64,000 nt of DNA from an uncultured Bacteroidales bacterium (GTDB lineage: Bacteria; Bacteroidota; Bacteroidia; Bacteroidales; UBA7960), in the NCBI GenBank assembly GCA_964349365.1, contig CAYGFY010000005.1, positions 22,561 to 86,560 of the forward strand, read 5' to 3'. A program made the translations under genes and the position numbers. Below are positions 1 to 8,865 of this stretch, piece by piece. The notes under the pieces are model-generated. The model saw only the letters and a list, made by a program, of their open reading frames with translations. It made no database searches and was not told where the DNA came from. How positions within the stretch are numbered: the first letter of the stretch is position 1; the number at the start of each line of letters is the position of its first letter.

Positions 1-101
1 ATGTTTACAGGACTTGCCGTTGCTGGCGTTTGGGCGTTGAGGGGGGTAGTAAAAACCCAAAGAGCGCCAATTAAAAAAAACAGCCTTGCCATTTTGTTCA
101 T
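1..101 (-). CDS. N-terminal fragment (signal peptide) of an outer-membrane protein, probably BamA; continues beyond the window
   Basis: ATG at 101 on the minus strand reads MNKMARLFFLIGALWVFTTPLNAQTPATASPVN, a cleavable signal peptide. It lies directly downstream of uppS, as in the conserved Bacteroidota uppS-bamA-ompH arrangement. The identity is inferred from synteny only. Confidence 0.4.
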   Translation of the reverse strand, partial: MNKMARLFFLIGALWVFTTPLNAQTPATASPVN

Positions 102-200
102 TTTTGATTTAAGATTGAAGGCCAAGCGGCATTGTGTATTCTGAGTATGCATAATTGTTGTTAGTGTATCTTGATTCGGGAACGGGCCGTTGATTTTTTT

Positions 201-929
201 TTAACAGACCCTTCCGAACCGTCTTTCTCGTTTTTGGTATTCCATGATGGCACCAAGAAAATCGTCCTTGCTGAAATCGGGCCACAGAACCTCGCTAAAA
301 ACTAGCTCTGAATAGGCTATTTGCCAAAGCAGGAAGTTGCTTATTCGAAGCTCGCCGCTGGTTCTAATCAGCAAGTCGGGGTCGGGTATTCCGACGGTTT
401 GTAGATGCTGTTCAAAAACAGAGTCATCGATTTTTTCAGGGTCAACCTCTCCCAACTTGGCCTTTTGAGCCAAGGTTCTTGCAGCTCGTGCAATTTCCCA
501 CTTGGAGCTGTAACTAAGTGCAAGAATAAGCTTTAGCTTTTCGTTTTTCGAAGTAATGGCAAGCGCTTCTTCAAGCTCTTTCTTGCAACTGACCGGCAAT
601 GATTCCACGTTGCCAATAACCAGTAGTTTTACTCCGTTCTTGTTGAGCTCGGGTGTTTCTTGCCTCACCGCCTTTACCAGCAATTGCATTAGCGTGTCAA
701 CCTCTTCTTTGGGCCGGTTCCAGTTTTCGCAAGAAAAGGCATAAAAAGTAAGGTATTCAACTCCAATCTCTATTGCTGCCTCCACGGTTTTTCTTATGGG
801 AGCAACCCCGTTTTCGTGTCCAAAAACCCTTTCCTTGCCCATCCTTCGAGCCCACCTTCCGTTACCGTCCATTATAACGGCAATGTGGCGGGGCACCTTG
901 TTGGGGTCAATCTTCACAGTATTGCTCAT
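201..929 (-). CDS. uppS: isoprenyl transferase / undecaprenyl-diphosphate synthase
   Basis: Motifs HIAVIMDGNGRWARR, FSCENWNRP and LIRTSGELRISNFLLWQIAYSEL. I prefer the internal ATG at 929 (MSNTVKID) over the ORF-track start at 965. Confidence 0.9.
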   Translation of the reverse strand: MSNTVKIDPNKVPRHIAVIMDGNGRWARRMGKERVFGHENGVAPIRKTVEAAIEIGVEYLTFYAFSCENWNRPKEEVDTLMQLLVKAVRQETPELNKNGVKLLVIGNVESLPVSCKKELEEALAITSKNEKLKLILALSYSSKWEIARAARTLAQKAKLGEVDPEKIDDSVFEQHLQTVGIPDPDLLIRTSGELRISNFLLWQIAYSELVFSEVLWPDFSKDDFLGAIMEYQKRERRFGRVC

Positions 930-1018
930 TTTGAATAGGTTTGTCATCCCATTTTGGGAGCACAAATTTCCGAAAATGTTTCGAGATATTTAAGAAAACC
1001 TTTAAAGTTTATGAAATT

Positions 1019-1936
1019 TTAAAAATAGGCAGGACACAGGAAGTCACGGCTGATTCGAAGTTTAACGGTAAGCAAAAACCCGAAAAAGGAGAATTTGTCC
1101 TTGGTGGTGGGATCTCCCCGCAGGAAACCAGTATTTCCAAATCTATTGTCAAGAGACCTGTCAGAGAAAAACCTCGCGTCGGCAGTGAGCCTTAAATTGT
1201 CGGGATAATAACCACTTACGTCATCTATAAAGTCGGTGCCAGTAAACCGTATGCCGTACTCCAGCCCTCCGGTTATATCTTTGCTTATGTTAAACTTAAA
1301 TCCAACCCCAAAAACAAAATTATTAGAAAAAAGACTGTAAGGTGCTAAACCCGGGTCTCCAAGCCATTGGCCCTCGGTTCCGAGGTTGCGCAAGGTTACA
1401 AGCTCGCCTTGATAGTTAAAGGCTCTCGGGTTATAGGCGAAGGCACCGGCTCCACCGAATAAATAAGGAGATATTGGGGTATATAGGTCCCCGAAAAGGA
1501 ATGGCAAGAAACTGACTTCAAATTGGGCGGAAAATTCAAGAATGGATGTCACGAAACTCAAATTTCTATTAACATTATATTCAATAATTGCATCGCTGCC
1601 TTCAAGCGTGGCAACAAGAGCATTAAGCCTAAGGGCAAAATGCCTGTCAAAGCTGTGACGCACGACCCCGCCTAACGAAATTCTGGTCATCGCAAAATGC
1701 TTTTCAGGATTTATATCCCCAATGTAATATGCCCCTCCAAAGAAACCACCGATCTCGGTAACTTGACCATTGACGCGATTAAACGGCAATTGGCATAATG
1801 CAACAAAAACGACAAGACGCAAAAAAGCTCTTGATATTGATACAGGCGAATTCAACTTTTTTCGAATATGATTGTTTTGTGCAAATCTAACAAAATTTAC
1901 TGAAAGCCGAAAAATTGCTCGTTTTAGCAAGGCCAA
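1019..1936 (-). CDS. outer-membrane beta-barrel protein, DUF6089-like
   Basis: Gly/aromatic-rich alternating beta-strand pattern with a C-terminal ...AYF. Its position between nadK and uppS matches the conserved Bacteroidota neighbourhood. There is no ATG in the N-terminal region (TTG at 1936, another TTG at 1855), so the start is uncertain. Confidence 0.6.
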   Translation of the reverse strand: MALLKRAIFRLSVNFVRFAQNNHIRKKLNSPVSISRAFLRLVVFVALCQLPFNRVNGQVTEIGGFFGGAYYIGDINPEKHFAMTRISLGGVVRHSFDRHFALRLNALVATLEGSDAIIEYNVNRNLSFVTSILEFSAQFEVSFLPFLFGDLYTPISPYLFGGAGAFAYNPRAFNYQGELVTLRNLGTEGQWLGDPGLAPYSLFSNNFVFGVGFKFNISKDITGGLEYGIRFTGTDFIDDVSGYYPDNLRLTADARFFSDRSLDNRFGNTGFLRGDPTTKDKFSFFGFLLTVKLRISRDFLCPAYF

Positions 1937-2028
1937 AGCGAATCGTTCAACTCATTTTCGAGTAATACATTGCAGGAATAACGAAAAATGGTGTTAAATA
2001 TTTTTTGTCGTAAACCAATGACCCATAC

Positions 2029-2907
2029 TTAGTTTCGTTTGTCCAAACCCCATGCAAGTTTGTTTCTTATGGTTCTGAAGAAGTCAAGGTGTTCAAGTGA
2101 AATCAAGTTAAGGTAAAAATCTTCTTTCTTTATGATTAGTTCAATACTTTCTGACATTGGCACCGATCGGGAGTCGAGCACTACCAGATAGTCCTGCAAA
2201 CGGCCGTTTATGGTTAGCCTTACCTCCGATGTATCGGGTATCACAACCGACCTTGCGGTGAGGTTGTGGGGTGCAATTGGTGTTATTACGAAACTTTGCG
2301 ATTTGGGCGAAATTATTGGCCCTCCACAGCTCAAGGAGTAACCCGTGGAGCCAGTAGGTGTTGCCACGATAAGACCGTCCGCCCAAAATGTGGCCAGGTA
2401 TTTGCCGTCAATGTGTGAGCTTATGGAAATCATTGACGAGGTGTCGCGCTTAACAACCGATAGTTCGTTAAGTGCAAAATTGTATTCTCCAAACAGATTT
2501 ATCGAAGTTTCGAGCCTGATAAGACTTCTTTTATCCAGCACGAATTGCTTGTTAATCAATGCGTTAACGGCCACATCAACTTCGTGGGTTGAAATTGCCG
2601 ACAAAAATCCAAGCCTGCCAGTATTTATTCCTAACACGGGAACGCCCGAATTTCCTATCAGCGTAATCGTATCGAGCAGTGTGCCATCGCCCCCAAAACT
2701 TACAAGGCAGTAAGTGTCCGAGGGTAATTGGTCTTTGTACTTGAAGGTTTTTACAGGTTTAGAAAACGAAAACCCCCTTGAAAGATGACGGTAGAAATCA
2801 TCAAATACGACAAACTGTGAAACCTCCCTTTCTAAACCTAAAAGCAGGGCACTTATCTGAGGGAAAAATTCTTGGTTGAATTCTCGCCCGAACAATGCGA
2901 TTTTCAT
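2029..2907 (-). CDS. nadK: NAD+ kinase
   Basis: Motifs GGDGTLL, NTGRLGFL and ADGLIVATPTGSTGYSLSCGGPI. ATG at 2907 (MKIALFG) is preferred over the extended ORF start at 3000, which overlaps rodA. Confidence 0.9.
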   Translation of the reverse strand: MKIALFGREFNQEFFPQISALLLGLEREVSQFVVFDDFYRHLSRGFSFSKPVKTFKYKDQLPSDTYCLVSFGGDGTLLDTITLIGNSGVPVLGINTGRLGFLSAISTHEVDVAVNALINKQFVLDKRSLIRLETSINLFGEYNFALNELSVVKRDTSSMISISSHIDGKYLATFWADGLIVATPTGSTGYSLSCGGPIISPKSQSFVITPIAPHNLTARSVVIPDTSEVRLTINGRLQDYLVVLDSRSVPMSESIELIIKKEDFYLNLISLEHLDFFRTIRNKLAWGLDKRN

Positions 2908-2971
2908 CTCTTTGTGGTTTTGGTGAATATCATTTTTGTTTTTTTCGAAGCAAGTAGTTGGAGATACTTGC

Positions 2972-4234
2972 TTACAAAACATCCATCCTTTGCATGTCAA
3001 GTTTTAGAAAAGTGAAAATCATTATTGAAAAGGCCAGTAAAGACGAACCGCCATAACTTAAAAGCGGCAGCGGGATGCCTATAACCGGCACCAATCCTAT
3101 TGTCATACCAATGTTCACTAAAAAATGGAAGAACAATATCGAAGCAATCGAATAGCCGTAAACTCTCGCGAAAACCGAACGTTGTCTTTCGGCCAACAAG
3201 ATGATTCGAGCTATAAGCCAAATGAAAAGGGTTATCACAGCAAAGGTTCCGAAAAACCCCCATTCTTCGCCCACGGTGCAAAAAATGAAATCGGTGCCTT
3301 GTGCGGGTACAAAATCGTAACGGGTTTGGGTGCCTTGGAGAAATCCCTTGCCAAACAACCCACCCGACCCAATTGCTATTTTGGATTGATGTAGGTTGTA
3401 GCCCGCACCCCTGAGGTCAACTTTTTCGTCGAGTAGGACTTCAATTCTTAGTTTTTGATGAGGTTGAAGAACATTGTCGTAAATGTAGTCAATTGAATAA
3501 ATATACGACGATAGCAGAACCAAAACCACAACAACTGCCTTCCAGGCATACCTCGTGTTTTTCAAAAAAAACATGACGAAAAGTGCAACAATGACAAGAG
3601 CCCCGATTATAATGAATCGGTCAAAAAGTAGCGAGAGCACGAAAAGGAAAACCATACTAATTACAAGTGCCACAACCCAGGCTTTAATGAAACCTTCGCG
3701 ATACAGAACAATTATAAAAGCACTAAAAACCAGTGCGGTTCCGGTATCATTTTGAAGTAGAATTAATGAAGCGGGAATTGAAAACAAAAGGGCTGCCAAA
3801 AGCTTGTTGTAAAAAACCAACTTGGTGGCGGAAACCACACCGAGGTATTTGGCAATAGCCAATGCCGTTGCGTATTTTGCAAATTCGGCAGGCTGGATTG
3901 CAATAGAGCCAATCTTGAACCATGATCTTGAGGCATTGACCACCGAACCAAAGAAAATCGTAAATACCAGAATCACAAGTAAGAAAACATATATAACCCA
4001 AGAAAAAGATGAAAAGAACCTTGCATCGAACAAAACTATTATTCCCCCGAGGGCCAATGAAATTCCTATGAAAATGGCTTGCCTCCCGTAGCTCTGGTTA
4101 AAATCAAAAATCGTTGCGTGGCCTTCTGGTATTGTAGCTGCCAAAATGTTAAGCCAGCCAAAAACGACCAATACCAAGAAAACAACCAGCAACTGCTTGT
4201 CGATTTTCGATGTTATTTTTTTTTGATCTACCAT
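2972..4234 (-). CDS. rodA: SEDS-family peptidoglycan glycosyltransferase RodA
   Basis: Polytopic membrane protein with IGSGGLFGKG, QGTDFIFCTVGEEWGF and GIPLPLLSYGGSS. It lies immediately downstream of PBP2, whose stop directly abuts the rodA ATG. Confidence 0.9.
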   Translation of the reverse strand: MVDQKKITSKIDKQLLVVFLVLVVFGWLNILAATIPEGHATIFDFNQSYGRQAIFIGISLALGGIIVLFDARFFSSFSWVIYVFLLVILVFTIFFGSVVNASRSWFKIGSIAIQPAEFAKYATALAIAKYLGVVSATKLVFYNKLLAALLFSIPASLILLQNDTGTALVFSAFIIVLYREGFIKAWVVALVISMVFLFVLSLLFDRFIIIGALVIVALFVMFFLKNTRYAWKAVVVVLVLLSSYIYSIDYIYDNVLQPHQKLRIEVLLDEKVDLRGAGYNLHQSKIAIGSGGLFGKGFLQGTQTRYDFVPAQGTDFIFCTVGEEWGFFGTFAVITLFIWLIARIILLAERQRSVFARVYGYSIASILFFHFLVNIGMTIGLVPVIGIPLPLLSYGGSSLLAFSIMIFTFLKLDMQRMDVL

Positions 4235-6061
4235 CTATTTGTCAAACTTAGCATCCAACATTCTTTTTTCAATTTGATCGCGCTTAACCTCACCGGTAAG
4301 ATATTTCTCAATCAGCAGGCTTGCAATTGGTGCCGCCCATGTTGATCCTCCACCTGAGTTTTCGACGATTACCGAAATCGCAATTTTGGGGTCGTTTACA
4401 GGGGCAAATGCCACGAAAACGCTATGGCTTTTGCCATGTGGATTTTGCACGGTACCCGTTTTTCCAGCCATTGAAATTCCCGGAATTAATGATGCGCGTG
4501 CCGTCCCTGCTATTACAACTTGCTCCATGGCGCCGGTCATAACCTCAAAATGGCGCTTTTCAACGGTGGTTGTAATTTCCTTTTGAAACCTTTCTTGCCT
4601 GCTATCAGGATCGCCAATGGCCCTAACCACGTGCGGAGGGTAGTAAAACCCTCGATTGGCAACAATTGCCATTAAGTTTGCAAGCTGCAGGGGAGTGGTG
4701 CCTAGTTCTCCCTGCCCGATGGCCAACGAGATTATTGTAAGCGAACTCCACCCCCTTTTGCCATATATTCGGTCGTAATAATCGCTTGATGGAACATTGC
4801 CCCTGAGCTCGTGGGCCAGGTCGCTGCCAAACCTCTGGCCAAATCCAAAACTGTTTACATGCCTTTTCCAGTTTTGGTAGCCCTCTTGAACATTGGCAAA
4901 CTTTTTTTGGTCAATTATCTTTCTGAACACGTTACAGCTATAAGAGTTGCAGCTCCACTGGATGCTACCAACAGCATTAACAGGCCCGGGATGGCTCCTG
5001 CATCTTACCGTAACTCCCCCTGCACTATAAGCCCCCCCGCACCCCAACAAAGTATGGGCCATAACCACCTCCTCCTGCATTGCAATAAGGGTATTCAAAA
5101 CCTTAAATGCAGACCCAGGTGGATAACTTGCCTGTAATGCCCGATTGAAAAACGGCCTTTGCCTATCGTTTAGCAACTTCAAGTAGTTATTGCCCCTAAT
5201 GCGGCCAACCAAAAGATTTGGGTCGAAGTTGGGCGATGATACCAACGTTAGAATTTCGCCCGTTGAGGGCTCAATGGCAACGATGCTGCCTCTTTTGTTT
5301 TTCATCAAACGCTCGCCGTATTCTTGCAGGGTGGCATCAATGGTGCAATATATGTCTTGGCCTGGAGTTGAAAGGGTGTCGAGCAAGCCACCTTGGTATG
5401 GCCCTATTACCCGGTTATGAACATCAACAAGCAATACCCTTACTCCTTTTAAACCCCTAATGTTTTCCTCGTAGGCTAGCTCGATTCCACTCTTGCCTAT
5501 GTAGTCGCCAGATTTATAGTACGGGTTTCGGTCAATCTCTCGCTGGTTAACCTCGCCAACGTCGCCAAGAATATGTGCCGCTATTGGAAGGGTATATTTT
5601 CTGAGGGTACGAGGCTGAACGAAGAATCCCGGAAAACGAAACATCTTCTCTTGCAAACTTGCATAGGTTTCCTTCGAAATTTGTTGGTCAAACAATGATG
5701 CCCTGAAACCCGAGTAAGCTCTGGCCCTGGAAAGTCTCTCAATAAATGTTTCCTTTGACATTCCGAGCAAATTGCATAGCTCGAGGGTGTCAATATTTTT
5801 AACCAACCTGGGCGTTACCATTAAATCGTAGTGAACCTCGTTGTAAACCAGAATTTTGCCATTGCGATCGTAGATCATACCCCTTACAGGGTAGTCGACT
5901 TCGTACCTAAAAGAATTGTTGCGAGAAAAAACCTTGTACTTAGAGTCAATAACCTGAATGTAAAACAGCCTAGCTAAAAAAAACAGCCCGATGACAACCA
6001 CGAAAATTACTATGTGGTTCTTCCTGTTCTTAAAGGCCTCCGTGTTTTGACGAACGTACAT
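4235..6061 (-). CDS. mrdA: penicillin-binding protein 2 (class B transpeptidase)
   Basis: N-terminal membrane anchor, then SxxK (GSAFKV), SxN (WSCNSY) and KTG (AGKTGTVQ) motifs. Paired with rodA. Confidence 0.9.
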   Translation of the reverse strand: MYVRQNTEAFKNRKNHIVIFVVVIGLFFLARLFYIQVIDSKYKVFSRNNSFRYEVDYPVRGMIYDRNGKILVYNEVHYDLMVTPRLVKNIDTLELCNLLGMSKETFIERLSRARAYSGFRASLFDQQISKETYASLQEKMFRFPGFFVQPRTLRKYTLPIAAHILGDVGEVNQREIDRNPYYKSGDYIGKSGIELAYEENIRGLKGVRVLLVDVHNRVIGPYQGGLLDTLSTPGQDIYCTIDATLQEYGERLMKNKRGSIVAIEPSTGEILTLVSSPNFDPNLLVGRIRGNNYLKLLNDRQRPFFNRALQASYPPGSAFKVLNTLIAMQEEVVMAHTLLGCGGAYSAGGVTVRCRSHPGPVNAVGSIQWSCNSYSCNVFRKIIDQKKFANVQEGYQNWKRHVNSFGFGQRFGSDLAHELRGNVPSSDYYDRIYGKRGWSSLTIISLAIGQGELGTTPLQLANLMAIVANRGFYYPPHVVRAIGDPDSRQERFQKEITTTVEKRHFEVMTGAMEQVVIAGTARASLIPGISMAGKTGTVQNPHGKSHSVFVAFAPVNDPKIAISVIVENSGGGSTWAAPIASLLIEKYLTGEVKRDQIEKRMLDAKFDK

Positions 6062-6253
6062 TAACTTTCAAGTAAATCACTGCAAAATATCCATGTCCAA
6101 ATGCGATTTACAACCAGTAAACCTCTGCAAAGTTAACTTAAATTGACCGGTTTTTTTGTTTTGGCGTAAAACTAAAATTTGTATTAAATTTGTGGGGCTT
6201 ATAAACCATTGATCTCACGCCTTGCAAAACATTAAATCTTTTAATCCTTTCTC

Positions 6254-7654
6254 ATGAATGGTATATTCAAGTTCGTTTTAATGCTATGGGCCACTATTAC
6301 GTTGGCATCCGGTTTTTCTCAAGTGCAGGTGCCCAACGGCAATTTGGAAGTTTGGGTTGGTAATAGGCCACAAAACTGGAACACTTCAAACGACTTGACT
6401 CAAATCCCGTTTGTGGGTTTTCAGTCGGTTTTTAGAAGCACCGAGGCTTATCAGGGTCAATTTGCCGCTCGCATACGTACAGGGACATTGCTGGGCAACA
6501 CGGTTCCGGGCTACATTACCATTGGAGTTTTGAACGTAAACATTCAAGCCCCGGAGCAATCAACCATTACCGGGGGTCATCCCTTTACCTCAAGGCCCCT
6601 GCTACTTAGAGGTCATTACAAGTACTCCACCTCCGCAAACGATACCGGGTTGGGTGCTGTTATTCTATGGAAATATAACCCCCAGTCGGGCCAGCGTGAT
6701 ACTATTGCAGCTGGCGGCGGTTTCTTTACCCCCCAAGAACAATATGTTCAGTTTTCAATGCCAATCGTCTACTTGTCTAATCAAGACCCCGATACCCTCA
6801 ACACATTGTTTATGTCATCAAACTTTGAAACCATCACTTCGGGCTCAACTCTTTTTGTTGACAGCCTCCATTTTGTGTATGGTCAGGTTTCTTACATAGA
6901 CCTTGGCCCCGATGCCTATTTGTGTCCTGGCAAATCCATTACATTGGACGCCGGGCCCGGTTTTCAATCATACAACTGGGTAAGTATTGATGGGCTTGAA
7001 CCAATTGGTCAGGGTCAACAGTTGGTTGTTACAAAGCCTGGCAGATATGCGGTCGTGGCTTTGGACAGTGAGGGCTTGCCGGTATCAGGGTCAATTAGAA
7101 TTTTCGGGGCGCCAAGTCCATGGGTGTTCAATGTTGGCGGTGGCGGACCGTTTGCACCCCCTGCATCTGGTTCGGAGGTTATCCTAAGCGGAAGCCAAAC
7201 AGGAACCCGATACCGGCTTTTGCGCAATGAATTGCATGTCATGGAGATACCAGGCACCGGCTCGGCCATTTCCTTTGGCTTGCAGCCGGAAGGCGCTTAC
7301 TCCGTTAAGGCCATAAACACCGATCAGCACCAGTGCGAAATGATGATGATGGGCTCGGTTATTGTAACAAACGCAACGGCCATAAATGAAACAGTTGATG
7401 CCGAAGGGTTAATAATTTTTCCTAATCCCGGCAGAGATGTATTTACAATTGATACCGGTTTTAGAGACTCAAGTGGCTGGTTTGCGGTTTTTGGGCTAGA
7501 TGGAAAAACAACCACAAAAGGAGAAATCGAAGCTTTCGGCAAGGGTAAGTTTACGATTTCCCTGCCAGCCGAAGCCAAGCCCGGAGTTTATTTCATTAAA
7601 GTGGGGCTTTCAAACGGGTCAGTCCTTTCTGGCAAGTTCGTTGTGGCGAGGTAA
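6254..7654 (+). CDS. secreted protein with PCMD-like N-terminal domain, Ig-like repeats and a T9SS type-A C-terminal sorting domain
   Basis: Signal peptide MNGIFKFVLMLWATITLASG. The C-terminus LIIFPNPGRDVFTI...GVYFIKV...GKFVV is typical of a Por/T9SS secretion tail. The N-terminal domain assignment is tentative. Confidence 0.75.
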   Translation: MNGIFKFVLMLWATITLASGFSQVQVPNGNLEVWVGNRPQNWNTSNDLTQIPFVGFQSVFRSTEAYQGQFAARIRTGTLLGNTVPGYITIGVLNVNIQAPEQSTITGGHPFTSRPLLLRGHYKYSTSANDTGLGAVILWKYNPQSGQRDTIAAGGGFFTPQEQYVQFSMPIVYLSNQDPDTLNTLFMSSNFETITSGSTLFVDSLHFVYGQVSYIDLGPDAYLCPGKSITLDAGPGFQSYNWVSIDGLEPIGQGQQLVVTKPGRYAVVALDSEGLPVSGSIRIFGAPSPWVFNVGGGGPFAPPASGSEVILSGSQTGTRYRLLRNELHVMEIPGTGSAISFGLQPEGAYSVKAINTDQHQCEMMMMGSVIVTNATAINETVDAEGLIIFPNPGRDVFTIDTGFRDSSGWFAVFGLDGKTTTKGEIEAFGKGKFTISLPAEAKPGVYFIKVGLSNGSVLSGKFVVAR

Positions 7655-7724
7655 GCGCAAGTATCCAAAAAGCAATTTTTCAATTTTTTTCAATCGTTTA
7701 TTGCATCCAATTAATTTCCTGCAA

Positions 7725-8855
7725 ATGAAAATTATCGTCTTAGGTGCAGGTATGGTGGGGAAAGCCATTGCCATTGACCTTTCGGCCAAACATGAAGTTA
7801 CCTCTGTTGACATTGACCAATCCGCGCTTGATTATTTGGCCAAAAACTACCGTATGGAAACCTTCAGGGCAAATCTAATTGAAAAAGACTCCGTTGAAAG
7901 CTTGGTTTCGCCATTTGACGTGGTGATTTCGGCCGTGCCGGGTTTCATGGGTTTCGAAACCCTGCGCAGGGTAATTGAATGTGGCAAAAACGTTGTTGAC
8001 ATTTCGTTCATGCCCGAAGATTTTTTTGAACTTGACGGGCTGTCAAGGTCAAATGACGTAACGGCAATTGTTGATTGCGGGGTTGCCCCGGGTATGCCCA
8101 ACCTTATCATGGGTCGTTATGATGCCGAAATGGAAATTGACGATTTCGAGTATTTTGTTGGTGGGCTGCCCTTCGAAAAAGTTTACCCGTTTTACTACAA
8201 GGCTCCCTTTTCGCCCATTGATGTCATTGAAGAATACACTCGTCCGGCACGCTTCGTGGTTGACGGGAAAATTGTTGAAAAACCTGCAATGTCGGATGTT
8301 GAGATGCAGCACTTCAATGGCGTTGGTACATTAGAGGGTTTTCTCACCGACGGGCTAAGGTCGCTTCTTAAAACCATGTCTCACGTGCCCAACATGCGCG
8401 AGAAAACCCTCAGGTATCCAGGCCACGTGCAACTGCTGCAAGCCTTGAGGAAGGTTGGTTTTTTCGAAAACCGACCCATTGAGGTTGATGGGGTAAAGGT
8501 TAGGCCAATGGATTTTACCTCCAAGCTACTAACCCAAAACTGGAAGCTAGACCCATCGGAGCGCGAATTTACCGTAATGAGAATTGTTTTCAGGGGGCGC
8601 AAAAATGACAAAAATGTTGAGGTGGTTTATGACCTTTTCGACCAGTACGATGATGTTGACAAACTCTCATCCATGGCCAGAACCACAGGGTTTACAGCCA
8701 CGGCTTGCGCCGAGTTAATTGCAAGCGAAGGGTTAAACCTTAAAGGGGTATTACCCCTGGAGTTGATTGGCAAGAATGCTAATTATTTCCGGTTTGTTAT
8801 GGATTACCTTGGTGTTCGAAACATTGTCTATAAAAAGCAAGAAAGAATCTTTTAA
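7725..8855 (+). CDS. saccharopine dehydrogenase family NAD(P)-binding protein
   Basis: ATG at 7725 gives MKIIVLGAGMVGKAIAIDL, a Rossmann GxGxxG right at the N-terminus. CGVAPGM and the C-terminal Sacchrp_dh-like region are present. The ORF-track extension back to 7500 overlaps the upstream gene and is rejected. Confidence 0.8.
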   Translation: MKIIVLGAGMVGKAIAIDLSAKHEVTSVDIDQSALDYLAKNYRMETFRANLIEKDSVESLVSPFDVVISAVPGFMGFETLRRVIECGKNVVDISFMPEDFFELDGLSRSNDVTAIVDCGVAPGMPNLIMGRYDAEMEIDDFEYFVGGLPFEKVYPFYYKAPFSPIDVIEEYTRPARFVVDGKIVEKPAMSDVEMQHFNGVGTLEGFLTDGLRSLLKTMSHVPNMREKTLRYPGHVQLLQALRKVGFFENRPIEVDGVKVRPMDFTSKLLTQNWKLDPSEREFTVMRIVFRGRKNDKNVEVVYDLFDQYDDVDKLSSMARTTGFTATACAELIASEGLNLKGVLPLELIGKNANYFRFVMDYLGVRNIVYKKQERIF

Positions 8856-8865
8856 AAAGTTGCTG

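Noticed and set aside
7500-7724. N-terminal extension of the saccharopine-DH-family ORF (and likewise 8767..8865 for gatE)
   Set aside because: The extensions overlap the preceding genes. The internal ATGs place the Rossmann GxGxxG (7725) and the GatE N-terminal motif at the expected distance from the start.
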